A stretch of DNA of 64,000 nt, taken from assembly GCA_965198235.1 (NCBI GenBank), contig OZ240248.1, forward strand, positions 1,536,001 through 1,600,000. Direction: 5' to 3'. Made by a program: the position numbers and the translations under genes. Shown here one piece after another: positions 17,961 through 27,996 of this stretch. The stretch is from Candidatus Poribacteria bacterium. GTDB lineage: Bacteria > Poribacteria > WGA-4E > WGA-3G. The notes beneath the pieces were generated by a model. The model was not told the origin of the DNA. It worked only from the letters and a program-made list of their open reading frames with translations, and made no database searches. Each line of letters opens with the position of its first letter. The first letter of the stretch is position 1.

Positions 17961-19738
17961 ATAGCAGTCAGCAGTCAGCAGTCAGCACAGACTCGGCCAC
18001 GCCTACTGATACAAAGCTTTTGAAGCGCGTGGGAGAGTCTGAGCAAGAGGGGGTAGGTTCACCAGAAAACCTCTTTGCTGATGGCTTCCGGCAGCCGATA
18101 GTTTCCGATAGCCAATTTGTGCAAGGCGTAAATACACATTTTCAGTTTGTGAGTGCTTATCGCACTTTTAGAGAGTTTTGTCGAAAGTATTGTCTCGGAT
18201 TGCTGGGGGTGATAATACTGCTTCTGGCAATCGGTTGTCGAACTCAAAAATCGCTTCCTGATACACTGTATTTTGAAATTGACACGCGTAATGGACAACC
18301 GCTCCGTCAGGCACTCTACGGCTTCAATTCAAACATGATGAGCGGCGATTACGGTTATCTTGATGACGATTTTGTCGCCTTGACTAAGGCTCTCGCACCA
18401 AAGACCTTACGATTTCCCGGCGGGACAGTTGGGAACTTCTATCATTGGGAACCTGGCGGCTTTTTTGAGAACGAAATGGCATCAACCCTCAATACGAAAC
18501 TTAATAAACGAAATAAGGGAAATTACGTTAAACTTCAAAGAAGGCGAAAGGGTAAAATCGTTTTCGACGACTTTATGCAACTATGCAACACGCTGAATAT
18601 AACGCCTGTTATTGTGGTAAACTTATGGACAGGCAGTCCAGAGGAGAGCGCGGCGTGGGTCCGCTATGCTAAGGACAAAGGATATCAGGTTACGCATTGG
18701 GAACTCGGTAACGAATACTATCTGCCACATTACCTCAACAAATACCCAACCGCTGCAGCTTACATAGCGGAAGCCAAGAAACATGCTGCAGCGATGAAGG
18801 CCGTCAACCCAGATATAAAGGTATCCGTCTGTGCTACTCCGATCGCCTTCCACAAAGAGGGCTGGTTGGTAAAAATACAGCAACGGAAATGGGATAAGGA
18901 CCTCGCAGCCGATACCAGTTTTTACGATGCTTATACCGTTCATGTCTATGCCTACAAAGCTGTCCGGAAAAAAAAGATGGAGGAGATGCGAGGCTACCTC
19001 ATGGGATGGATTCACTTCGATGTCGCAGAGGCAATTGACTACTATGAAAAATTGTTTCCAAATAAGGAGATGTGGATAACCGAGTGGAACATCGCCAACC
19101 CCGCAAACCGAGTCGCGAATACACAACTCCATGCAATGTACGTAGGTGATTTTTTTCTGAAAATATTAGCGATCCGGAACGTCACGCAAGCGAATTTTCA
19201 CGTCATCGCCGGTCCCGGCAAAGGATTTCCAGTGTTTTCACCTATAACACCTGCGACACCCGGAACGTTCTGGAAATATGGGGGTGAACCAGAATCCGAT
19301 TTCGGTGGTACTATTCAGCGTGCTGTCTATCCTGCTTTTCAACTCATCGGTGAAGCATTCACCGAGACAGACACACAGTTCACCCTTTCAATTCAGAACC
19401 AGCCCCTTCTGGCAGGAGCCATGGAATACGGAGAAAAACAGATGCCTGGTATTCAGGCGCAAGCCATCGGCGGGAAGGCTGCAGAACATCTGACTATCCT
19501 CGTCAGCAATCGCACAGGTGAGCAATACGAACCGCAACTCCTAATTGACGGTAAACGGTACAAGGGCAGTATCAACTACCGTTATGTTGCTGATGAAAGG
19601 CTCAATGCAACGAACGGTGGGAACGCCGAAATGGAGGGATCTGGCAAAATTGAAGTCCGTATCCAAAAATGGCGTGGGAAGTCAACGAAACTCGTCATCC
19701 CTAAAAATAGTTTTGGCATTCTCAAGATAAAGAGATAG
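17957..19738 (+). CDS. Clan GH-A glycoside hydrolase lipoprotein (GH51/GH79-like)
   Basis: LRFPGG, WELGNE (acid/base), ITEWN (nucleophile); LAIGC lipobox; N-terminus partly repeat-derived. Confidence 0.75.
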   Translation: MNSSQQSAVSTDSATPTDTKLLKRVGESEQEGVGSPENLFADGFRQPIVSDSQFVQGVNTHFQFVSAYRTFREFCRKYCLGLLGVIILLLAIGCRTQKSLPDTLYFEIDTRNGQPLRQALYGFNSNMMSGDYGYLDDDFVALTKALAPKTLRFPGGTVGNFYHWEPGGFFENEMASTLNTKLNKRNKGNYVKLQRRRKGKIVFDDFMQLCNTLNITPVIVVNLWTGSPEESAAWVRYAKDKGYQVTHWELGNEYYLPHYLNKYPTAAAYIAEAKKHAAAMKAVNPDIKVSVCATPIAFHKEGWLVKIQQRKWDKDLAADTSFYDAYTVHVYAYKAVRKKKMEEMRGYLMGWIHFDVAEAIDYYEKLFPNKEMWITEWNIANPANRVANTQLHAMYVGDFFLKILAIRNVTQANFHVIAGPGKGFPVFSPITPATPGTFWKYGGEPESDFGGTIQRAVYPAFQLIGEAFTETDTQFTLSIQNQPLLAGAMEYGEKQMPGIQAQAIGGKAAEHLTILVSNRTGEQYEPQLLIDGKRYKGSINYRYVADERLNATNGGNAEMEGSGKIEVRIQKWRGKSTKLVIPKNSFGILKIKR

Positions 19739-19912
19739 TCGCGGATAGTAGGGGTTTGCTTGGGGTTTTTGCTTGGGGTTTTTGATAGGGTGTTTCTGCG
19801 GATTTCTCCGGGTCTTGTGCCTACCCTCTTAAAAACCGTACATCTTCCCAGTCGCGTCGAAATTCACCTCACACCATAGTGGAACGATGCCCAAGTTTTA
19901 ATAGTTAAAAGA

Positions 19913-20929
19913 ATGATATTTGTTGTAGGTAATAGTCGCAGTGGAACAACGATGATGGGTCGGATTTTGGGAAAACACCCAAGTGTTTATACCTTTGGTG
20001 AGCTTCACTTCTTTGGTCAGTTGTGTGCACCCCCGTTTTCATCGGAATCGCGTAAGGAGGAGATAGAAAAACTCGCGTCACAGTTACATTGTATTCAGCG
20101 AGAGGGGTATCGCACGCATGGCAACCCACGCCGTTTCTTAAGCGAGGCACAGGCGTTTCTTGAAAGTCTAACCACTTACCCTGAAACGCAAGCCACACTC
20201 TTTGAAGCTTTTCTCCATCATATTGCTGCTGAAAACGGTGGAACCATCCCTTGTGACCAAACACCGCGTAATGTCTTTTATATTGCGGATATCCTTCAAC
20301 TTTATCCGAAAGCACGGGTTGTTAACATGATCCGCGACCCACGCGATGTGCTATTGTCCCAAAAAAGGAAGTGGAAACGCCGATTTCTCGGTGGGAGCGA
20401 TATGCCGATAAAAGAAACGTTCCGCGATTGGGTGAACTATCACCCGATAACCATCAGTTACATCTGGCGAACCGCTGTCACCGCTGCTGAGCAGTTTCTA
20501 CAACACGAACGAGTTACCTCCATCTATTTTGAGGAACTCCTCGCGCACCCTGAAGCAACTGTCAAACGTCTCTGTGATTTTGTCGGTATCACCTACACGC
20601 ATGCAATGCTCCAAGTTCCACAAGTTGGCTCTTCTGTTGAGGATGACCAGCCGCAGCAACTCGGCATAAATCCACACCGAGCGCACAGTTGGCACAGTGA
20701 AACAACTGAGGGAGAACTCAGTTCCGCTGAGATTTACCTTAACCAAACTATAACTGCAACGCTCATGAAAATACATAACTATAGCCCTGTGTCGGTCCGT
20801 CCGAATATCGCAAATTTGGCATTACACCTATTGACGTTCCCTGTGAAATTAGCCGGGGCATTCCTTTTTAATATTGATCGGATGAAGAGCATCCATCAAA
20901 CACTAAAAAGACGTCTTTTTAATTATTAA
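19913..20929 (+). CDS. Sulfotransferase
   Basis: VVGNSRSGTT, DQTPRN, IRDPRDVLLS. Confidence 0.9.
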   Translation: MIFVVGNSRSGTTMMGRILGKHPSVYTFGELHFFGQLCAPPFSSESRKEEIEKLASQLHCIQREGYRTHGNPRRFLSEAQAFLESLTTYPETQATLFEAFLHHIAAENGGTIPCDQTPRNVFYIADILQLYPKARVVNMIRDPRDVLLSQKRKWKRRFLGGSDMPIKETFRDWVNYHPITISYIWRTAVTAAEQFLQHERVTSIYFEELLAHPEATVKRLCDFVGITYTHAMLQVPQVGSSVEDDQPQQLGINPHRAHSWHSETTEGELSSAEIYLNQTITATLMKIHNYSPVSVRPNIANLALHLLTFPVKLAGAFLFNIDRMKSIHQTLKRRLFNY

Positions 20930-21343
20930 CTCTGGTCACCGTTCCACTACGTTTCACGGTGGGATCTGGTTAATTCCAACGCGATTGCGGAGATGTACGG
21001 TTTTTATAGTAAAGCCCGAAAATATGTTGACATTTCAATGAGCAACAATCCCGCATACTTCCTCGCTGGCGAGGTTTCCTTGGGGAAATCTGCAGAAATA
21101 CCGGATTTAGTCTGGGAATAGACGAAATCCGTTCCTTGTATTACATTGCAAAGACCCCTATCAAAAACACCTCGCCAATGTATAGATAATTGTGGGCTTT
21201 ACTATAAAAGGGTAGGAAAACCCAAGACCTGAGAAACACCCAAGCAAAACCCCTACTACCGCTCATAATTCAGAGGCGGTTAGACTTAACCGAAAACCAT
21301 CGTGGAACGTAGTGGAACGATGCTCATATTCAATAAATAAAAA
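20917..21343. repeat. Nested composite repeat (three levels)
   Basis: Outer TIR pair; inner TTATAGTAAAGCCC/GGGCTTTACTATAA pair; innermost split TGGCGAGG/CCTCGCCA. Confidence 0.8.
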
Positions 21344-22345
21344 ATGATTGCACAAATAGATCCGCTCTACATCAAAACACGCCCGACGAAAGTCCTAACA
21401 CGCCTCATGAGTTATGCCCTCTTCGAGGGGCGTCCTGTAACCACAAAGGGTCGCTGGATAAATCCGCTCGTCTTTTCTCTTTTGAAGAGGTTCGCTGCGA
21501 ACAATAACAGATATGAATCTGTTGAAAAACCGATCTTCATCTTGGGGACCGGACGCAGTGGCACTACGATACTCGGTATTGTGCTGTCTATGCACAGGGA
21601 AATCGGTTACCTTAACGAACCGAAGGCTATGTGGCACCTCATCCATCCGCATGAAGACATTATCGGTAACTACAGCCAAGCCGATGCAAAATATCGTCTC
21701 ACCGCCGAAGATGCGACAAACGAAATGCGTCAACGCGCTTCCCAGATGTTCGGTGCTTATTTGACGGCAACCCGCTCAAAGCGCCTTGTCGATAAGTATC
21801 CGGAACTCATCTTCAGGGTAGATTTCGTTCGTGCACTGTTTCCTGATGCTCGTTTCATCTTTCTCGTCCGCAATGGGTGGGATACGTGCCATTCAATTGC
21901 GACATGGTCGAAGCGACTCGGTGCCCAGATCAATAGCGAGAAGCACGATTGGTGGGGTGTAGATGACCGAAAGTGGAGGCTCTTAGTTGAACAGCTCGTT
22001 AAAACAGATCCTATTTTCTCTCAGACCGTTGATGAGGTTAAACATATCGATCGACATCTCGATAGAGCAGCCGTGGAGTGGATAATCACTATGCGGGAGG
22101 GGCTTCATTTAATGCGAACCTCACCTGACTATGTTCATCTCGTCCGTTTTGAGGATCTGACATCACATCCGGACGAAACGCTCTCGGCTTTATGTGCCTT
22201 CTGTGAACTTCCAAAGGACACAACATTCCAAGAGTATGCTCGACAGACCTTGCATCCAGTCCCTACTAAAGAATCTTTTGATGTGCATCCAAAAATCGCT
22301 CCTCTTTTCCATGATACCATGAGAGAAATGGGGTATAATACTTAG
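21344..22345 (+). CDS. Sulfotransferase
   Basis: PIFILGTGRSGTT, VDKYP, VRNGWDTCHS. Confidence 0.9.
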   Translation: MIAQIDPLYIKTRPTKVLTRLMSYALFEGRPVTTKGRWINPLVFSLLKRFAANNNRYESVEKPIFILGTGRSGTTILGIVLSMHREIGYLNEPKAMWHLIHPHEDIIGNYSQADAKYRLTAEDATNEMRQRASQMFGAYLTATRSKRLVDKYPELIFRVDFVRALFPDARFIFLVRNGWDTCHSIATWSKRLGAQINSEKHDWWGVDDRKWRLLVEQLVKTDPIFSQTVDEVKHIDRHLDRAAVEWIITMREGLHLMRTSPDYVHLVRFEDLTSHPDETLSALCAFCELPKDTTFQEYARQTLHPVPTKESFDVHPKIAPLFHDTMREMGYNT

Positions 22346-22377
22346 ATAGACTTTTAGAGATCGGACTCATTCGCGTA

Positions 22378-24465
22378 ATGCACAAAAACCCAGTTAGACA
22401 AACACAAAGACATTCCTTAGCAACACATCCTTTTACCCGGCGGGACTTTCTCTCAACCAGTTTGAAAGCAGGCGCAACTGCCTTCACGACTGGACTATTA
22501 CCGAAATGGAATGCTGATGCGCAAGGGCAGTACAACGTGTTATTCATCGTTGTGGATGACTTGCGACCTTTGCTTGGATGTTATGGGCATCCAGAGATAC
22601 ACACTCCTAACATTGATAGGCTCGCCGGACGAGGAACAGTTTTCAACCGGGCATATTGTCAGTATCCGCTCTGTAGTCCGTCCCGGGCTTCGATACTAAC
22701 AGGGTTACGGACAGAAACAACAGGTGTGCTGAATAATTCACAGGATTTTCGAAAAAAATTGCCTGATGCGATTACACTTCCTCAGCATTTCAAAGCACAA
22801 GGGTATCATACCCAATCCGTGGGTAGAATCGCACACCTCCCGCGACTTCAGGATGATGGAAATTCATGGAGTGTTGCATCATGGAGACCGATATGGGTGC
22901 CTTTCGATATAGAAGCTACCCCGTCTTGGCAAGCACTTGATGTTGAGGATGATGATCTCAGAGATGGTAAAACTGCAAGACGAGCAGTTCGGGTACTCAA
23001 ACAAATTAAGGACCAACAATTTTTCCTTGCTGTCGGATTTTACAAACCGCATTTGCCCTTTAAGGCACCGCGGAAATATTTTGAGTTATACGATACCCAA
23101 ACTTTTGACTTGCCTGCTTCGTCTATACCACCTAAAGATGCACCTGCTAAAGCACTCACTAATTGGAATGAGATTAGAGCTTATCAAGATCTCCCTTCCG
23201 GAAACTCATCGCTCTCTGATGCTAAGACTTTAGAGTTAATTCGCGCGTACGCCGCAGCCACGAGTTATACGGATGCACAAATTGGTCGTGTATTAACACA
23301 GTTGGATGTTCTCGGTCTCGCTGAGAATACTGTGATCGTTTTTTGTGGTGACCATGGGCATCATCTTGGTGAACACGGAATATGGGGAAAGCAAACCCTT
23401 TTTGAGGTTTCTCTCAGATCTCCTTTGATTGTCAGCATCCCGCAGCAACAACGTTCAGAGACTGAAGCTTTGGCTGAACTCGTTGACGTTTATCCGACGT
23501 TATGTGACGCTTGTCAACTTTCAACACCACCACAGTTAGAAGGCATAAGTCTGATGCCGGTCATTGAGCAACCGACTCGCCCGTGGAAAACTGCCGTTTT
23601 TAGCCAATTCGGTGGGGGTGCGCATGGTGGTATCTCTATCCGGACGGAACGGTATAGATATACTGAATGGGGACAAAACAGTAGTCATGGTGTGGAACTC
23701 TACGATTATGAAGCTGATCCAGATGAGACCTTTAATATCGCGAGTCTACCAGAAAACGCAGAACTCCTTGCCCATCTCAGCGAACGACTTCACGCGGGAT
23801 GGCAAGCGGCTTTGCCGGACACGCATCAGCGGATTCCTGTTCCGCAAACATTACCTTGGGATATAAATAATGATGGGATTGTTGACATCCGAGATCTCGT
23901 CCTAATTTCAAGCAGTTTTGGTGTGGAAACGCCAGGACATCCAAAAGTTGATGTAAACAAGGATGGTAAAGTTAACATTCTTGACTTGATTCTGGTTGCT
24001 GCGCATTTCGGTGAATCCAGCACTCCTGCTGCTCCGTCGACACACGTTAGCATGGAACATTTTGACTTAGTGGAACAATGGCTTACTGAAGCACGTCTCG
24101 CGAATGATGGTTCTCTTGCCTTTCAGCAAGGCATTCTTGCTTTAGAACGTCTAATGAATACGACGATCCCCATGGAAACGGTGCTTCTGGCGAACTATCC
24201 GAATCCTTTTAATCCGGAGACGTGGATACCTTACGATTTGGCTGAAGATGCGGAGGTCAAGATCCACATCTATAACGTGAAAGGTGAATCTATCCGCCAG
24301 TTATCGTTGGGTTTTCAAAGTGCTGGTGCCTATCGGAATCGGTCTCGTGCAGCGTATTGGGATGGTCGAAATGCCATAGGTGAATCTGTAGCAAGTGGGG
24401 TCTACTTTTATACGCTCCGTGCAGGACAAACTAAAGCCACACGCCAGATGGTAGTTTTCAAATAA
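22378..24465 (+). CDS. Tat-exported sulfatase (iduronate-2-sulfatase-like) with dockerin and FlgD-Ig domains
   Basis: TRRDFL; VDDLR; CSPSRASILTG; KPHLPF; GDHG; dockerin repeats; NYPNPFNPETW. Confidence 0.9.
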   Translation: MHKNPVRQTQRHSLATHPFTRRDFLSTSLKAGATAFTTGLLPKWNADAQGQYNVLFIVVDDLRPLLGCYGHPEIHTPNIDRLAGRGTVFNRAYCQYPLCSPSRASILTGLRTETTGVLNNSQDFRKKLPDAITLPQHFKAQGYHTQSVGRIAHLPRLQDDGNSWSVASWRPIWVPFDIEATPSWQALDVEDDDLRDGKTARRAVRVLKQIKDQQFFLAVGFYKPHLPFKAPRKYFELYDTQTFDLPASSIPPKDAPAKALTNWNEIRAYQDLPSGNSSLSDAKTLELIRAYAAATSYTDAQIGRVLTQLDVLGLAENTVIVFCGDHGHHLGEHGIWGKQTLFEVSLRSPLIVSIPQQQRSETEALAELVDVYPTLCDACQLSTPPQLEGISLMPVIEQPTRPWKTAVFSQFGGGAHGGISIRTERYRYTEWGQNSSHGVELYDYEADPDETFNIASLPENAELLAHLSERLHAGWQAALPDTHQRIPVPQTLPWDINNDGIVDIRDLVLISSSFGVETPGHPKVDVNKDGKVNILDLILVAAHFGESSTPAAPSTHVSMEHFDLVEQWLTEARLANDGSLAFQQGILALERLMNTTIPMETVLLANYPNPFNPETWIPYDLAEDAEVKIHIYNVKGESIRQLSLGFQSAGAYRNRSRAAYWDGRNAIGESVASGVYFYTLRAGQTKATRQMVVFK

Positions 24466-24751
24466 GACAGGTTGTCAGTTTTTTAATTGTGGTCTCCTTG
24501 GCTGTGCTTCATTACATTTCGCACAGGTTTTCGGTGGATCGCATGTTCCTTTTTAGAGCGGAACTAGAGTTTCACTCTAAACCATCGTGAAACGAAGTGG
24601 AACGATGCCCAAGAGTCCATAGTTAAAAAAGGATTCTTATTCTGCTTAACAGCCACCAGAGCCGCCACAAATTAACCATAAACCTGCCTGAAACGAAGTG
24701 GAGGGGTTTTTGCTTGGGTGTTTCTTTGCCCAGGAGTCCATAGTTAAAAAA

Positions 24752-26440
24752 ATGATTTTACGTAGACTGCTAATTATCTGTATTTCAGTGTTAGTTTTAG
24801 TTTCCGCAACGGTAGAGGCTGCCTCGCTCATCAATGTTCCGCTCAATCCGGACTTGTCTGACTTTAATCGTGAAACCTATCGCTTTATTCATCGTTTACT
24901 TAACAAGCGGATTTTGCCCGGCATACGGCGCGGTTCGTTACCACTCACCCGTAAACAGGTCGTGTCTTATCTGTTAGAGGTGGATCAGAAACAGAAAGAC
25001 GACGAAATCGCATTGAGTACTATTGACCAAGAGCGACTAAGCACCCTATTGACCTTTTACCGTGAAGTTCGTGAGAATCCGAAACAGGTTATAGAAAACG
25101 ATGTAGGAGGGGTTTCTAACCCCGATACCAGAAAACAAAGCCCTGCCGGCAGACGATTGCACCTGATGACGATGACGGGCAAAGACTATCGTTTCTCCTT
25201 CGACTTGAGAGCTTCACAACGTGTTATCGCTCACCTTGTCGATAATCTGTCGGAGGAACAGCCTACTGAAGGAAACATGCATGTTACCACCTTCTATCCA
25301 CATCTCTATGGACAGGTGGGGGAAACGTTCGCCTTTACGACCGATATAGCACATAGGTTCGTCTACGGTGAATTTTTTAATGATTTCTTTCCTGACGAGA
25401 CGAAAATTAGGCAATTGGGGGGTGGACTCAAAAACCGAACTGCCATTAACGCCTATCTGAAGTTTGACTTGCCGTGGTTTGAGCTGCAGCTTGGACAGGA
25501 TACACTTCAGTGGGGACCTGGCTATCATGACAGCCTTTTAGTCTCCAAAAACCCGATCGCCATGGACATGATTAAGCTCCAAGCCTCCTATGAACCCACT
25601 ACCTTCACAGCGTTCACCGGTATACTGGAGGATATGTCAGCCGAGGTCAATCATAAGTATATTTCAGGACATAGGGTTGAGGGGTATTTCTGGGATAGGT
25701 TCGGCTTTGGTCTTTCTGAAGTCGTCGTCTACGGCAACCGTTTTGAACCCGGGTATCTGAACCCAGTCAATATCTACCTGATTAGCGAGCAACCGATTTC
25801 ACGAGCAGATGGACGCGTCCCTGGCAGTGGGGACAACGTCCTTATGAGTGTTGATATGCGGCTTCGCCTTGTGGACGATTTTGAAATTTATGGCGAACTG
25901 ATGGTTGACGATGGAAACCCCGCAGCGAATTTTAAGCATTGGGATACGAAGTTTGGTATCCTCGGCGGTATATATCTAACAGACCCTTTTGGCATCGCAG
26001 ATACCGACTTCCACGCCGAATACGCCTTTATAAACCAATACGCGTATACGCACGTAAATCCTGTAAATGTCTACAAACACTTTACCACACCTATTGGACA
26101 TCAGATCGGTTCTGATGCTGACAATCTATGGATAGAACTGCGTCGCCGGTGGACAGATAGGCTTGAAACGACTTTCGGTTACGAATTAGAACGCCATGGG
26201 TCCGGTGATATTGACAAGCAACATCCCGCTGATGCTCCAAAAGACGATGTTTGGATGCCGTTATCTGGCATCACAGAAAGTGAGCATCGTCTCTCAGTTG
26301 GGGCTAACTGGGTCGTTATTGGACATTATTCGCTCTATGCAGAGTGGGCACGCCTGTGGAGGAGAAACTTGGGAAATCGTAGAGAGGTCCGCGAAAATGC
26401 GAATGAAATTGAAGCCAAATTCCTCTACCGGTTTCCCTAA
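24752..26440 (+). CDS. Capsule assembly Wzi family outer-membrane protein
   Basis: Signal peptide; LGQDTLQWGPG..SLLVS, GHRVE, SEVVVY, DNVL, YGELMVDD. Confidence 0.8.
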   Translation: MILRRLLIICISVLVLVSATVEAASLINVPLNPDLSDFNRETYRFIHRLLNKRILPGIRRGSLPLTRKQVVSYLLEVDQKQKDDEIALSTIDQERLSTLLTFYREVRENPKQVIENDVGGVSNPDTRKQSPAGRRLHLMTMTGKDYRFSFDLRASQRVIAHLVDNLSEEQPTEGNMHVTTFYPHLYGQVGETFAFTTDIAHRFVYGEFFNDFFPDETKIRQLGGGLKNRTAINAYLKFDLPWFELQLGQDTLQWGPGYHDSLLVSKNPIAMDMIKLQASYEPTTFTAFTGILEDMSAEVNHKYISGHRVEGYFWDRFGFGLSEVVVYGNRFEPGYLNPVNIYLISEQPISRADGRVPGSGDNVLMSVDMRLRLVDDFEIYGELMVDDGNPAANFKHWDTKFGILGGIYLTDPFGIADTDFHAEYAFINQYAYTHVNPVNVYKHFTTPIGHQIGSDADNLWIELRRRWTDRLETTFGYELERHGSGDIDKQHPADAPKDDVWMPLSGITESEHRLSVGANWVVIGHYSLYAEWARLWRRNLGNRREVRENANEIEAKFLYRFP

Positions 26441-26764
26441 TAAAAAAATGAAGATTTGTACCGTTCCAATCATCAAAAGATACAAAGCATTGCCTGTGGA
26501 CTCCCGATCGTAAAAACAAATTGGACTTTCGCGCCTAAAACGGGTATAATATATATGTAAAACCCAATCTAAAACAGAGACGAACTGTGCGGTCGGCCAG
26601 AGCGTTCTCGAAAAGAAATTTTTCTGTCGTGTCCGTCCGGTGCGATGCTTGGACTACAATTGTTAGCCAAAGTGCATAGCTTGAAACGAAGTGAAAAGCG
26701 GATATACGGAATAGAACATGAATTCACAGACTCACCTCTCTGAACCGCAAGGAAAACTAGAAAA

Positions 26765-27883
26765 ATGAGGATTAGGGTGTTGGGAATACGCGGGCTCCCC
26801 GCTACCTACAGTGGACTCGAGACTATCATGAGTGAACTCGCCCCCCGCTGGGTAGAAGCCGGTCATGAAGTTATCGTCTACTGCCGGAAGGCACTTTTCA
26901 AGGAGAGACCTGCGCAATGGAACGGCATCAAGCTCGTTTATTTGCCAAGCATAGAGCATAAGATGTTCAGTACCCTGAGCCACAGTTTTCTCGCAACGCT
27001 ACACGCTTCGGTTGCCGCATCTGATGTCATTTTGACATGGAACGCCGGCAATGGTCCGTTCGGATGGTTCTTCCGTATCGCAGGCAAAACCGCTGTTATC
27101 AACGTTGATGGAATGGAATGGCTCCGCCCAAAATGGAAAGGGCTTGGTGCACTTTACTTCAAGTGGGCGGCAAAGATGGCGACAGCGGCGTTTCCAATTG
27201 TTATTACCGATGCTTCTGAAATGAAGCGTCTCTATCTTAAGGAATTAGGGGCAGAAACTACATATATCGCTTATGGTGCGAATATTGAGCCCTCGGAACA
27301 TCCAGAGGTTCTCGAGACCTATGGGCTTGAACCCCGGAATTATTATCTTATTGCCAGTCGGCTCGTTCCAGATAACAATGCCGACCTCATTTTAGAGGCG
27401 TTCGTTGCTTCAAAGAGCCAAAAGCAACTCGCTATAGCCGGGGGGGCTGATTACAAAGGCAACAAACTCGAAAACGAATTTCTATCAAAATTAAAAAGCA
27501 CTGCTAACGAGAACGTCAAGTTTCTCGGACATATTGACGATTCTGAACATATTAAAGAACTTCACCATCACTGCTTTGCCTATGTCCATGGACACCAGTT
27601 CGGCGGCATTAATCCTTCTATTCTAAAGGCGTTAGGGTTTTCCAACTGCATTCTTGCACTGAATACGCCCTTCAACGATGAAGTGCTGGAAGGTGGGCAT
27701 TATGGGGTGCTCTTTGATAAAAACGTCGCATCGCTCACGGAAAAAATTCAGATGTTGGAACAACATCCCGAACAGGTTGAAGATTTCCGGCAGCGCGCAC
27801 CAGAACAGATCCGGAAGCGATTCAATTGGGAAAACATAGCACAGCAATATCTTGATGTTTTTAAAAAGCTCCAGCAGAACTAA
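26765..27883 (+). CDS. Glycosyltransferase family 4 (DUF1972-type)
   Basis: GIRGLPATYSGLET, NVDGMEWLRPKW, RLVPDNN, HGHQFGGINPS. Confidence 0.88.
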   Translation: MRIRVLGIRGLPATYSGLETIMSELAPRWVEAGHEVIVYCRKALFKERPAQWNGIKLVYLPSIEHKMFSTLSHSFLATLHASVAASDVILTWNAGNGPFGWFFRIAGKTAVINVDGMEWLRPKWKGLGALYFKWAAKMATAAFPIVITDASEMKRLYLKELGAETTYIAYGANIEPSEHPEVLETYGLEPRNYYLIASRLVPDNNADLILEAFVASKSQKQLAIAGGADYKGNKLENEFLSKLKSTANENVKFLGHIDDSEHIKELHHHCFAYVHGHQFGGINPSILKALGFSNCILALNTPFNDEVLEGGHYGVLFDKNVASLTEKIQMLEQHPEQVEDFRQRAPEQIRKRFNWENIAQQYLDVFKKLQQN

Positions 27884-27996
27884 CTTTTATCGGTTGTAAG
27901 TGCCCTGAAAATTTTTTCGTCAGAGTAGTGCTATGCAAGTTAGTATAACCTCGCAAACCTACGCTTAACATTTGGATTGCGATAGAGGAATTAACC

